This document shows positions 1-9,433 of a DNA stretch of 64,000 nt, piece by piece. Under the pieces are notes generated by a model. It saw nothing but the letters and a program-made list of their open reading frames with translations, made no database searches and was not told the origin of the DNA. Each line of letters opens with the position of its first letter. Position 1 is the first letter of the stretch. Origin of the DNA: a bacterium (GTDB taxonomy: Bacteria > Electryoneota > Electryoneia > Electryoneales > Electryoneaceae); assembly GCA_963675295.2 (NCBI GenBank), contig CAXXKJ010000002.1, forward strand, positions 1,824,001 to 1,888,000. The letters run 5' to 3'. The position numbers were made by a program, and so were the translations under genes.

Positions 1-338
1 ACGCTGTCGCGGCGATGGATGGCAAGGAAGGCCTTGTTCGCATTCATGCCAAACAGTTGGATGAAGACTGGGTCGAGCTGCAGGTTGAAGACAACGGCAA
101 AGGCATTTCGGCTGACGACAAGCAGCGCGTGTTTGACCCGTTCTTCACAACCAAGGAATTCGGTGAGGGGACGGGTTTGGGCTTGTCACTGTGTTACGGG
201 CTGGTGAAAAAGTGGGGTGGATCGATCGAGTTCACCAGTTTGACCTCGGAGGAAAGCCCGGACGGCAGCAGCGGCACGACATTCACGATACGAATTCCGG
301 TTTATGACGCCGAATTCAACCCGGAGGCGGCCTCATGA
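1..338 (+). CDS. Sensor histidine kinase, C-terminal HATPase domain (5' end lies outside the window)
   Basis: Motifs VEDNGKGI (G1), VFDPFFTTK (F box) and GTGLGLS (G2); frame open to the window start. Confidence 0.92.
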   Translation, partial: AVAAMDGKEGLVRIHAKQLDEDWVELQVEDNGKGISADDKQRVFDPFFTTKEFGEGTGLGLSLCYGLVKKWGGSIEFTSLTSEESPDGSSGTTFTIRIPVYDAEFNPEAAS

Positions 339-724
339 AACAGCGCATACTCGCCGTCGATGACGAACCCGACATGCTGATCCTGTTGCAGCGGATCATC
401 ATGGAGAAGACGGCTTACGAGATTGTGACGACAAATTCGGCGCTGGAGGTGCCGGGTTTGCTCGACACGCAACAGTTTGACGTCGTGATCACCGACCTCA
501 GCATGCCGAAGCTGGATGGGTTGGATATCCTGAAGCTGGTGCGTGACCGGGACAAGGGCGAGCTTGTTATCCTGATCACGGCCTTCGGAGATTATGAAAC
601 GTCCGAGAAAGCCCGTGAACTAGGGGTTCATGATTATATTCACAAACCATTTCGCAAAGAGCAGATTCTGACAACGGTCGAGCAAGCGATGGAAATCCAG
701 CGTGCTCGCAAAGCAGAATCGTAA
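335..724 (+). CDS. Single-domain response regulator receiver
   Basis: ILAVDDEP, ITDLSMPKLDG (phospho-Asp), ITA, KPF; ATGA overlap with the kinase. Confidence 0.93.
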   Translation: MKQRILAVDDEPDMLILLQRIIMEKTAYEIVTTNSALEVPGLLDTQQFDVVITDLSMPKLDGLDILKLVRDRDKGELVILITAFGDYETSEKARELGVHDYIHKPFRKEQILTTVEQAMEIQRARKAES

Positions 725-761
725 CATAACCATGTGGCTGTTCACCTGAGGAGCGAACTAC

Positions 762-1283
762 ATGGAGCACCTTCACGCCGGGGACATCATGGTCCCCCTC
801 GACCTTTACCCCCACATCCCCTATTGGTTTACCATCCGTCAGGCGATCGCCGAGATGGAATCGGCGGAGATCGAGACCAATGGGCGGCGTTCCATTCCGC
901 GCGTGGTCCTGGTTTTCGACGAAACGTACCGTCTGATGGGCTTCATCCGTCGCCGTGACGTGTTGCACGGTCTGCTTCCCGGCTACCTGCTGGAGGACAC
1001 GGACAAGGAAATCCGTGAGGCGTACGACATCCACGTCGATCCGCATCTGAGCGAAGTGTTTGAAACGCAGGGCGAGGATATCAAGGAATTGTCCTCGCGT
1101 CCCGTGAGTTCGGTGATGCACCCGATTGTGCACAGCGTCCAGCATGACGACACACTGCTGAAGGTTGTCCAGGAGTTGGTCGTGAACAACGTGTACATGC
1201 TTCCCGTGATGAAGGAAGGGAAGATTGTCGGTGTTGTCCGGACACTGGATGTTTTGCACGCCGTGGCCAAGCTGGTTTTGTAA
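762..1283 (+). CDS. CBS domain-containing protein
   Basis: Two CBS-like repeats (AGDIMVP...LMGFIRRRDVL; VSSVMHP...LPVMKEGKIVGVVRTLDVL); GAGGAG RBS. Confidence 0.85.
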   Translation: MEHLHAGDIMVPLDLYPHIPYWFTIRQAIAEMESAEIETNGRRSIPRVVLVFDETYRLMGFIRRRDVLHGLLPGYLLEDTDKEIREAYDIHVDPHLSEVFETQGEDIKELSSRPVSSVMHPIVHSVQHDDTLLKVVQELVVNNVYMLPVMKEGKIVGVVRTLDVLHAVAKLVL

Positions 1284-1365
1284 TCGAGAGAGAGTCGTGA
1301 TCTGAGTTCATTCCGCCGCCGCCAGCAGGGGGGCGAGTGTGGCGAAGCTAGCGAAGGACGTGCGG

Positions 1366-2919
1366 ATGGCTGAGCATAAACATGACCTGAAAAAGGGTGT
1401 GCCGCTCCACGACGAACAACATCACCCGGGGGGGCTGCCGCGGAAACCCCAGGATATTACTCTTGCTGAACCGCGCGATAAGCTGGACCTCAAGCGAATT
1501 ACGCTGATTGTTGTCGGTCTTCTGATGTTTACAGCGGTCTACATGTCGCCATCGTGGGGCGACGCTGTCGACCCGGTGGGGGATACGTTTGCGCTCTCAC
1601 GTGAGGGCAAGGCGGCGATCGGGCTGTTCCTGCTCGCGGCGACGTGGTGGGTGTTTGAGGTCATACCAATTGGCGTTACCTCCATCGCCATCGGTGTGTT
1701 CCAGGCGATGTTCCTGATCCGTGATCCACGGGTCGCGTTCACCGATTTCTTCGATCCATCCGTGTGGTTCATCTTCGGTTCGCTGGTGATCGGCAAGGTC
1801 TTCTCCAAGACCGGGCTGACGCAGCGGATGGCGTACCGCATGCTGGTGATCGTAGGGGAGAAGACGGCGCTGATTCTGCTCGGTGTGTTCCTGATGACGT
1901 CCGCGATGACGCTCATCATGGCGCACACGGCCGTCGCGGCAGCGATGTATCCGCTGTTGCGCGCGATCTACTCGATGTATTCGACGTCCTCTACGCCGAC
2001 GAAATTCGGGAAGGGGATGTTCATCGGAATGGCGTTCGTTGCCGGCGCGGGATCGATCATCACGTTGCTCGGCGCGGCACGTGGCGCGGTCGGCATCGGG
2101 TTCTTCAAGGACATTGTCGGACGGGAAATCTCGTTCTTCGAGTACTCGTACTACATGTTCCCGGTCGGCATGTTGATGACGATCCTTCTCTGGGTCTACA
2201 TCTGGTTCATCTTCAAACCGGAGAAAGCGCGCATTCCCGGCCTGCGGGCAAGAGCGAAAGATCTGTACCACCGTCTTGGCCCGATGAAGCGCAGCGAGTG
2301 GATCGCAATCATCCTGGTCGTCGGCGTGATCTTGTTCCTCAGCGCGCGGTCGTTTGTCCCGCTGCTGGAACCGTTCAGCAAGTCGGCGATCATCCTGATC
2401 ACGACGATCCTGTTCTTCATGTTTAAAATCCTCAACCTGAAGGATCTGGAAGAGATTCCGTGGAACATCATCCTGCTCTTCGGCGGAGCGATGAGCATCG
2501 GCTTCTGCCTCTGGCAGACCGGCGCGGCAACGTGGATGGCGGTACAGTTCATCATGCTGCTGCAGAATGCGAACTGGTTCGTGTTCGTGCTTGGGATTAC
2601 GGCGTTCGTGCTGATCATGACGAATCTGATCATGAACGTGGCGGCGATCGCGATTTCGTTGCCGGTGGCGCTGGTGATCGCGCAGTACCTGCATGTGGCA
2701 CCGGAAGTGATTTTCTTTGGCAGCCTGGTTGCGGCGGGGATGCCGTTCCTGTTCCTCGTCGGCGCGGCACCGAACGCTATCGCCTACGAGTCGAATCAGT
2801 TCACGTCAGGTGAGTTCTTCCGTGCGGGGATTCCGGCCAGTGTGCTGTTACTGGTTGTGGTCGGGTTGTTTGTCGCGTTCATCTGGCCGATGATGGGCAT
2901 GCCGATTTTGTTGCAGTGA
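1366..2919 (+). CDS. SLC13/DASS family Na+-coupled anion (sulfate/dicarboxylate) permease
   Basis: Polytopic membrane protein; WWVFEVIPIG, IPWNIILLFGG, GAAPNAIAY and FFRAG motifs typical of DASS. Confidence 0.88.
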   Translation: MAEHKHDLKKGVPLHDEQHHPGGLPRKPQDITLAEPRDKLDLKRITLIVVGLLMFTAVYMSPSWGDAVDPVGDTFALSREGKAAIGLFLLAATWWVFEVIPIGVTSIAIGVFQAMFLIRDPRVAFTDFFDPSVWFIFGSLVIGKVFSKTGLTQRMAYRMLVIVGEKTALILLGVFLMTSAMTLIMAHTAVAAAMYPLLRAIYSMYSTSSTPTKFGKGMFIGMAFVAGAGSIITLLGAARGAVGIGFFKDIVGREISFFEYSYYMFPVGMLMTILLWVYIWFIFKPEKARIPGLRARAKDLYHRLGPMKRSEWIAIILVVGVILFLSARSFVPLLEPFSKSAIILITTILFFMFKILNLKDLEEIPWNIILLFGGAMSIGFCLWQTGAATWMAVQFIMLLQNANWFVFVLGITAFVLIMTNLIMNVAAIAISLPVALVIAQYLHVAPEVIFFGSLVAAGMPFLFLVGAAPNAIAYESNQFTSGEFFRAGIPASVLLLVVVGLFVAFIWPMMGMPILLQ

Positions 2920-2931
2920 CTTGCAGCAAAG

Positions 2932-3197
2932 GACGCAACAGACGCAACAGACGCAACAGACGCAACAGACGCAGAAGAAAAACTGACAGTTCAGGTAGAA
3001 ACACTTGGGACACGTTCTCCGCAACGTGTCCCTGGTTCATTGCTTCTGGAGCAACAAGGCCGCGTCTGAAGACAGACACGGCCAAGTATTTTTCAGGTCT
3101 CAGGTCTCAGGTCTCAGGTCTCAGGTCAGGCCCTGGATACTCGACTTTCGACTTGGTTTTCAGTTACCGACCACCGAGAACCGAGTACCGAGTACCG
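2932..3197. repeat. Composite intergenic repeat: (GACGCAACA)x4, GGGACAC palindrome (3007-3032), GGCCGCGTCTG hairpin (3058-3083), (TCAGGTC)x5 (3093-3127), degenerate ACCGAGT heptamers
   Basis: Read directly from the sequence between convergent genes. Confidence 0.85.
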
Positions 3198-3199
3198 TT

Positions 3200-4177
3200 T
3201 CACCGGCTATCGCTGGCACCGAAGCTGCGCGGCATTGCGATTTCGCCTTTCAGCGCCCGGTCGAAGTAGCTGATCGTCTGCTGCAGCCCTTCCTTGAGCT
3301 GCACCTTCGGTTCCCAGCCGAGCACGTCCTTCGCGCGGGTGATGTCCGGCTTACGCTGCTTCGGATCGTCCTGCGGAAGGTCCTCGAAGCGGATCTCCAC
3401 CGAGCTGCCGATCTGCGAGCGGATCTCCTCCGCCAGTTCGAGGATGGTGAACTCGTTCGGGTTGCCGATGTTGACCGGCAGGTGGTAATCGTCCGTGTTC
3501 ATCAACCGCATCAGCCCGTCGATCAGGTCCGAAACGTAGCAGAAGCTGCGTGTCTGGGATCCGTCGCCGTACACGGTCAGCGGGTTTCCTTCCAGCGCCT
3601 GCACGACGAAATTGGAGACTACGCGTCCGTCGTTGGCGGCCATGCGCGGGCCGTACGTATTGAAGATGCGGGCGATGCGCGTGTCAACGTTGTTCTGGCG
3701 ATGGTAGTCCATGATCAACGTTTCGGCGGCACGCTTGCCCTCATCGTAGCAGCTGCGCACGCCGATCGGATTGACATGTCCCCAGTAGTCTTCCTGCTGC
3801 GGGTGGACCTGCGGATCGCCGTACACCTCAGACGTTGACGCCTGCAGGATTCTCGCCTTTACACGTTTCGCCATGCCGAGCATGTTGATCACGCCCATCA
3901 CGGACGTTTTGATCGTTTTGACGGAGTTGTACTGATAGTGCACCGGGCTGGCGGGGCAGGCGAGGTTGTAGATGGTGTCGACCTCGAGCAGAATCGGCTC
4001 AACAACATCGTGGCGCACGAGTTCGAAATGGTCGTGCTTGAGCACGTGACGGATATTTTCACGTGATCCGGTGAAGAAATTGTCCAGGCAGAGGACTTCG
4101 TGGCCCTGGTCCAACAGGCGGTCGATCAGGTGGCTGCCGAGGAACCCGGCGCCGCCGGTGACGAGCACACGTTTCAC
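3200..4177 (-). CDS. UDP-glucuronic acid decarboxylase (UDP-xylose synthase family, extended SDR)
   Basis: [60 protein letters not shown]. Confidence 0.93.
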   Translation of the reverse strand: MKRVLVTGGAGFLGSHLIDRLLDQGHEVLCLDNFFTGSRENIRHVLKHDHFELVRHDVVEPILLEVDTIYNLACPASPVHYQYNSVKTIKTSVMGVINMLGMAKRVKARILQASTSEVYGDPQVHPQQEDYWGHVNPIGVRSCYDEGKRAAETLIMDYHRQNNVDTRIARIFNTYGPRMAANDGRVVSNFVVQALEGNPLTVYGDGSQTRSFCYVSDLIDGLMRLMNTDDYHLPVNIGNPNEFTILELAEEIRSQIGSSVEIRFEDLPQDDPKQRKPDITRAKDVLGWEPKVQLKEGLQQTISYFDRALKGEIAMPRSFGASDSR

Positions 4178-4239
4178 ACGTTCCCCCTTGCGGAAACAGG
4201 TACGGATGTTGATGTCAAACGGTCAGGCGGAAAACTGAT

Positions 4240-4280
4240 AAGCGGCGGCTCCCAACGCAAGCAGGAACCGCCGCTTTTTT
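4240..4280. terminator. GC hairpin with T-run between sat/cysC and the decarboxylase gene
   Basis: AAGCGGCGG...CCGCCGCTTTTTT; the longer U tract is on the + strand. Confidence 0.5.
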
Positions 4281-4297
4281 CCGTGGAGGTATCCACG

Positions 4298-6028
4298 TCA
4301 GGCGTGGATGCTGTCCTCACCGATGTAGCCCTGGTTCGCAAGGTACAGCAGCACCTTGTGCACTGCTTCCTCGGGACTGAGCTCGGTGGTATCGATCACG
4401 ATCTCGGCGTTCTCCGGCACATCGTACGGATCGGAGATGCCTGTGAACTCCTTGATGATGCCCGCGCGCGCCTTGGCGTACAAGCCCTTGCGGTCACGCT
4501 GCTCGCAGACTTCGAGCGGCGTGTTAACGTGCACCAGGATGAAGCCGCCGAGCGGCTCGATCATTTCGCGGACGGCGGACCGGGTCGACTCATACGGCGC
4601 AATCGGCGCGCAGATGGCGATACCACGGTTCTTCGTGATTTCGCTGGCGACGAAGCCGATACGCAGGATGTTGATGTCGCGGTGTTCTTTCGAGAAGCCC
4701 AGCTCGCTGGACAGGTTCTTGCGGACGATGTCACCGTCCAGCAGCGTCACCGGACGTCCACCGATCTGCAGCAGCTTCGGCAGCAGCGCGTTGGCGACCG
4801 TCGACTTGCCGGAACCGGAAAGGCCGGTGAAGAAGACAGTGAAGCCCTGGCGGCTGCGTGGCGGGTAGGTCTTGCTGAGTTCGTTGACCACTTCCGGGTA
4901 CGAGAACCAGCTCGGAATTTCACGGCCATCGTGCAGACGGTTGCGGACTTCGCTTTCCTTCAACCGCCGGGTGCTGCGGCCGTTGTCAACCTCGGACTCG
5001 CGGGCGTAGGCGTCCCGTTCCGGCATGTACACCAGCTCTTCGTAAGGCCGGAGTTCGACGCCGAGGTCTTCCTTGTGCTCCTCGAACGCCTTGATGATGT
5101 CTTCCTGCGGCGGGGTCAGTTCCGGACCGTTGCCATTATCGGCTGAAAGGGTTGGACGGAACATGAAGATCGAAGAACCGTAGTTCTTGCGGATCAACGC
5201 TTGCAGCATCACTTCGCGCACGCCGGCCATCTTGAACGGCGAGGGCAGCAGACCGAGGATCGTCGTCTGCTGGGGGAAGTGCTTGATCACTTCGCGGTAG
5301 CAACGAATCCGCGTGTAATGGTCGATATCCTCACGCAGGATTTCGCCGACGGTCGGCTGAATGATCAGGTTGGCGTCGGTTTCCTTGGCGGCGAGACGGG
5401 TCGCTTCCACGTCCGGCCGGTGAATCGGATAGCGAGTGTCGAAGGACAGCATCTTGCGCCAACCGCGGCGACCGATTCGAGCGCGTACGTCACGCGGGGT
5501 CGCGCGCAGGTCCGGGAAGTCGTAGTGCAGCGGATACTGCACGCCTTCCACGCGTCCGCCGACATACACCGGGTTGGTCTTGCTCAGGTAGCTGGCGACG
5601 TAGCGGTTGGTCGGATCTTTAGTGCCGAACAGTGCCATCAATTCGGCGTCCTGGTCCGGGGTCCACTTGTCTTCCACATGCAGCACGGCGAGCATCACGC
5701 CTTCCTGGTCACGCAGGGTGATCTTGTCGCCGGCGTTGACGCCTTCTGCAAACTGCTCAGATATATCGAGCACGAAAGGCATCGGCCAGAAGACTCCATC
5801 CGGCAGACGCATTTCGCGCAGGACTCGGTCGTACTCGGAGCTGGTCATGTAGCCACGCAGCGGGGAGTAAGCGCCGCTGGTGAGGAGTTCGAGCTCGAGG
5901 GTCTGACGCGGGGTCAAGTCCCATGAAGCCCAATCTCGGGATTCCACACGGATTTCGTCATGTCGCTTCTCGTCGACCATCAGATCGACCAACGTGCCGC
6001 CGTGCGGACGGATCAAATGCTGTTCCAT
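4298..6028 (-). CDS. cysC: Sat-like/adenylylsulfate kinase fusion; APS kinase domain intact, ATP-sulfurylase motifs degenerate
   Basis: N-terminal PHGG/PUA-like Sat architecture; C-terminal GLSGSGKS P-loop, LLDGDIVR, LGFSKEHRD, RDRKGLYAKAR, FTGISDPY. Confidence 0.88.
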   Translation of the reverse strand: MEQHLIRPHGGTLVDLMVDEKRHDEIRVESRDWASWDLTPRQTLELELLTSGAYSPLRGYMTSSEYDRVLREMRLPDGVFWPMPFVLDISEQFAEGVNAGDKITLRDQEGVMLAVLHVEDKWTPDQDAELMALFGTKDPTNRYVASYLSKTNPVYVGGRVEGVQYPLHYDFPDLRATPRDVRARIGRRGWRKMLSFDTRYPIHRPDVEATRLAAKETDANLIIQPTVGEILREDIDHYTRIRCYREVIKHFPQQTTILGLLPSPFKMAGVREVMLQALIRKNYGSSIFMFRPTLSADNGNGPELTPPQEDIIKAFEEHKEDLGVELRPYEELVYMPERDAYARESEVDNGRSTRRLKESEVRNRLHDGREIPSWFSYPEVVNELSKTYPPRSRQGFTVFFTGLSGSGKSTVANALLPKLLQIGGRPVTLLDGDIVRKNLSSELGFSKEHRDINILRIGFVASEITKNRGIAICAPIAPYESTRSAVREMIEPLGGFILVHVNTPLEVCEQRDRKGLYAKARAGIIKEFTGISDPYDVPENAEIVIDTTELSPEEAVHKVLLYLANQGYIGEDSIHA

Positions 6029-6069
6029 GGTATTCCTGTTTTGTTAGGGCAAAACTGTTGACAGATTCG

Positions 6070-6232
6070 AGCTTCCTCACTCCGCGTACCAGTCCTCTGT
6101 CGGGGCGGGAATTTAGGTCAGCCTCACTCTTGGATCAACTGCTATTCCGGCTCTGTGGGTCGTTGTGTGAACCAGGTCACACGGGTTCTTGAGTTCCCGC
6201 CGGGCCAAAACTCGGTGTTCAGGTAGGAAAAT
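6070..6232 (+). ncRNA. ssrS: Probable 6S RNA (long rod with central bubble)
   Basis: TTCCT 6073-77 pairs with AGGAA 6225-29; GGCGGGAATTTAGG 6104-17 pairs with CTTGAGTTCCCGCC 6188-6201 using G-U pairs valid only on +; internal hairpin GTGTGA-ACCAGG-TCACAC on the 3' side; about 160-180 nt and intergenic. Confidence 0.55.
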
Positions 6233-6290
6233 TGTCCCTCATGCCCTTGCCCGTCAGGCACTTGGGATGTAAACTCCAGTCGCATGATGG

Positions 6291-6854
6291 GTGAGAAGGC
6301 AATCGTGTGACGACATCAACCTATGCAGACTGGAGGATTCCATTTTCTTCCGCAAGAAGCCCAATGATTTCGTAATTCTCGTTGTCTGCACGGCCAACAT
6401 CACGCGCAGTCCGTATATCGCGGCATTGTTGCGCAAAACGCTGGTCGAAAGCGGACTGCGGTTCCGGCGCCGGATTGTGGTGAAATCCGCCGGGACCAAC
6501 GCGACCGCGAATCAACAGGCGCTGCCGACCATCGCAACCATCGCCTACACACGTGGAATCGACCTACAGGAGCACCGCTCAACCCTGCTTACGGGTGAAC
6601 TGATCAGCGAGGCGTCGCTGGTCCTGACAGCGGAAATGCAGCACAAGGACTCGATTCTCAAGCGTTTCCCCGAAGCGTACGACAAGGTCTACCAGATCAC
6701 TGAATATGGCAGGCTGGGCAACGATCCTGGAATCCGGGATGTGATCGATCCGACCGGTCGTGATCTGGAGGAGTTCCAGGAGTTCGTCGGGATTGCACAC
6801 GAAGAAGTGAAGCGAGTGCTTGAACACATGGTTCGAATCGGAGCGATCGAATAG
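6291..6854 (+). CDS. Low-molecular-weight protein tyrosine phosphatase family protein (start uncertain)
   Basis: VVCTANITRSP P-loop (CxxNxxRS), VKSAGT, DVIDPTG. Confidence 0.85.
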   Translation: MRRQSCDDINLCRLEDSIFFRKKPNDFVILVVCTANITRSPYIAALLRKTLVESGLRFRRRIVVKSAGTNATANQQALPTIATIAYTRGIDLQEHRSTLLTGELISEASLVLTAEMQHKDSILKRFPEAYDKVYQITEYGRLGNDPGIRDVIDPTGRDLEEFQEFVGIAHEEVKRVLEHMVRIGAIE

Positions 6855-7008
6855 CGGAGTCGTTGCTGGTATTTGGAGTTGCGGTGCTGGGATCTGCTCG
6901 CGAGGCAGGTTCAACCTCACGCGCCGGAACATTCCTACCTTTCAGCCATGCCTTACACGAAGTGCCCCCCCTTGGTAAACAGCTTGATATGCTTGGAGTT
7001 TGACGGCC

Positions 7009-7410
7009 ATGATGAAGAAGATCAGCCACATTGGCATTGCAGTGCAGAATCTTGATGAGAATGTCCATCTGTACCGGGATGTGCTCGGGATGGAATTCCT
7101 CGGCACAGAGGAAGTCGAGGAACAGAAAGTGAAGGTCGCGATGTTCAAGATCGGCGAATCGCGCATCGAGTTGCTTGAACCGACCGCGGACGATTCCCCT
7201 ATCGCCAAATTCCTCGCCAGCCGTGGCCAGGGCATGCACCACATCTGCTACGAAGTTGACGATGTGGACGATTCGTTGCAGCAGGTCGCGGACAGCGGCG
7301 TCATGTTGATCGACAAGGAAAGCCGCCGCGGCGCGGGCAACGCCAAGGTTGGTTTCCTGCACCCGAAGAGTACCGGCGGCGTGCTGGTCGAGTTGAATTC
7401 GCAGGATTGA
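7009..7410 (+). CDS. mce: Methylmalonyl-CoA epimerase (VOC family)
   Basis: ISHIGIAV, IELLEP, GMHHICYEVDD, FLHPKSTGGVLVEL. Confidence 0.92.
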   Translation: MMKKISHIGIAVQNLDENVHLYRDVLGMEFLGTEEVEEQKVKVAMFKIGESRIELLEPTADDSPIAKFLASRGQGMHHICYEVDDVDDSLQQVADSGVMLIDKESRRGAGNAKVGFLHPKSTGGVLVELNSQD

Positions 7411-7474
7411 GTGACACCATGCTGCGAACTGGAAACACGAAAGACCTTACCATCAACGATACAGGGAGTGAACC

Positions 7475-8671
7475 ATGGGGGAAGTGAATCCGAAGTGGGG
7501 CATTGCGACCAAGGCGATCCACGGGTTTGGTGCGTCCGATGAACGAACCGGCGCGGTGAGTGTGCCGATTTACCAGACGTCCACGTTTTCGTTCAAGAAC
7601 GCGCAGCACGGCGCGGACCTGTTCCAGGGCGAAGCTGAAGGCTACATCTATTCGCGCCTCTCGAATCCCACGGTTGACACGTTCCAGAAGGAAATCGCCT
7701 GCCTCGAGGGCGGAGAAGCGGGCAAAGGGTTCGCGTCTGGCATGGCCGCCACCTTCAACGCGATCATGACCGAGTGCCGCTCGGGCGACAGCTACATCAG
7801 CAGCCAGACGGTCTACGGCGGTACGCACGCGCTCAACGCGCACGTCATTCCGCGTTTCGGCGTCACCGCACACGAAGTCGACGCGACCGACCTGAACGTC
7901 GTCGAAGACACGATCAAGAAGGCGAAGAACTGCAAGCTGTTGATGTTCGAGACCCCGGCGAATCCGAATCTCGCCGTGCTTGACATTGAAGCGCTGGTCA
8001 ATCTCGGGCATCAGTACGGGCTGACAGTGATGGTCGACAACACGTTCGCGACGCCGATCCTGCAGCGTCCGATGGAATACGGCGCGGACATCGTGATGCA
8101 CTCCGCGACGAAGTACATCAGCGGTCACGGTGATGTGGTCGCCGGCTGCCTCGTCTCGAGTCAGGAATTCATCGACCGGATGATGGAAGATGTCTTCATC
8201 GATACCGGCGGCTGCATGGCGCCGTTCTCCGCGTGGCTGCTGCTGCGTGGCCTGAAGACCATCCCGGTTCGAATGCGGGCGCACTGCGAAAATGCTACTC
8301 GCGTCGCGAAATTCCTCGCCTTCCATCCGAAAATCGAAACCGTCTCCTACCCCGGCCTTGCCTCCCATCCCCAGCATGACATTGCGAAGAAGCAGATGAG
8401 CGCGTTCGGCGGGATGGTCACGTTCACCATCGCCGGTGGCTTCGAGGAAGGCAAGAAGCTGATGGACGCGGTCAAGCTGGCGAAGGTCGCAGTCAGCCTC
8501 GGCGACTGTGACACGTTGATCTGCCACCCGGCATCGACCACGCACTCGACCTACAGCCCGGAACAACGGGACGAAGCCGGTGTGTACGACAACCTGATCC
8601 GCATCAGCGTCGGCATCGAAGACATCGCCGACATCCTCGACGACCTGAACCAGGCGCTGCGGGTGTTGTAA
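7475..8671 (+). CDS. megL: Methionine gamma-lyase / Cys-Met metabolism PLP enzyme
   Basis: PIYQTSTF, YIYSRLSNPT, FASGMAA, ETPANP, DNTFATP, HSATKYISGHGD (PLP Lys), AVSLGD, HPASTTH. Confidence 0.8.
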   Translation: MGEVNPKWGIATKAIHGFGASDERTGAVSVPIYQTSTFSFKNAQHGADLFQGEAEGYIYSRLSNPTVDTFQKEIACLEGGEAGKGFASGMAATFNAIMTECRSGDSYISSQTVYGGTHALNAHVIPRFGVTAHEVDATDLNVVEDTIKKAKNCKLLMFETPANPNLAVLDIEALVNLGHQYGLTVMVDNTFATPILQRPMEYGADIVMHSATKYISGHGDVVAGCLVSSQEFIDRMMEDVFIDTGGCMAPFSAWLLLRGLKTIPVRMRAHCENATRVAKFLAFHPKIETVSYPGLASHPQHDIAKKQMSAFGGMVTFTIAGGFEEGKKLMDAVKLAKVAVSLGDCDTLICHPASTTHSTYSPEQRDEAGVYDNLIRISVGIEDIADILDDLNQALRVL

Positions 8672-8826
8672 CTGGTGTGGAGAGTAGTGAAGTGTCTTTT
8701 GGATAGTTTGGATTAGTGGACACAGGCACGGTGATTTTATGCCGTGCCTGCTTCTTTTGTAACAAGTACATAGCGATTTGCCTCTCTTAACAATCCTGAA
8801 TGTGAATAGAAATTGTTAGTTTGAGC

Positions 8827-8857
8827 TTGACATTCCCGAAATGGGGGGGGGTAGGTT
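8827..8857 (+). promoter_or_regulatory. Putative sigma70 promoter with a G9 tract in the spacer
   Basis: TTGACA 8827-32; G-run 8843-51; TAGGTT 8852-57 (19-bp spacer). Confidence 0.45.
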
Positions 8858-8948
8858 ACACGTCGAGCGTCTCCGGATTTGTGTCCACGGCGCCAGACGC
8901 AATCAGGCGAGACGTACCAATCTGCTGTAACTTGCTTAAGGGGGAAGT

Positions 8949-9377
8949 ATGAAGACGCGACTTGCAGTTCTCTGTGGTACGATCGCGATTTTGTTAGTGG
9001 CGATTTCTTTGTCCGCAATCGGGAGCGAGTACCCGTCCGCAACTTTGCCATTTGAAGTTGTTGTGGATCTCGATTTCTATGAGTCGTCCGATTGGGAGTA
9101 CATCCCGCAGTTCGGTGGATATGCAATCTTCGATTGTGCTTTCAATGTCGGCCCGACGGACAACGGCGAATGGACTCGTGTTCGCGCTGAAATCACCACA
9201 AACAATCATGATTTTAATATTGTTCAGTACAGCTACAACACGCCCTACTTTTGGGATTTCAACGATAGCGGTACTGTTCATGGCTATGCTACCTTGACAT
9301 GGGATGATATGTCAGGAGGGGCAACGTTCGGGGGTGCCCGTTTGGAATTGGATGCTTCACTTCATCCAGGTGAGTAA
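8949..9377 (+). CDS. Small secreted beta-rich hypothetical protein (ATLxW type)
   Basis: Sec-type signal peptide MKTR-hydrophobic-SLSA; AAGGGGG RBS; C-terminal SGTVHGYATLTW. Confidence 0.75.
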   Translation: MKTRLAVLCGTIAILLVAISLSAIGSEYPSATLPFEVVVDLDFYESSDWEYIPQFGGYAIFDCAFNVGPTDNGEWTRVRAEITTNNHDFNIVQYSYNTPYFWDFNDSGTVHGYATLTWDDMSGGATFGGARLELDASLHPGE

Positions 9378-9384
9378 CATTGAT

Positions 9385-9412
9385 GGACGGTGGCCAATAT
9401 TGGCCACCGTCC
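9385..9412. other. Perfect 28-bp intergenic palindrome (RNA hairpin)
   Basis: GGACGGTGGCCAATATTGGCCACCGTCC. Confidence 0.85.
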
Positions 9413-9433
9413 TTGCTATAAAGGTGAGCGATT

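Noticed and set aside
2916-3269. ORF with RNR and SGLRSQV repeats
   Set aside because: Artefact of 9-mer and 7-mer tandem repeats in an intergenic mosaic
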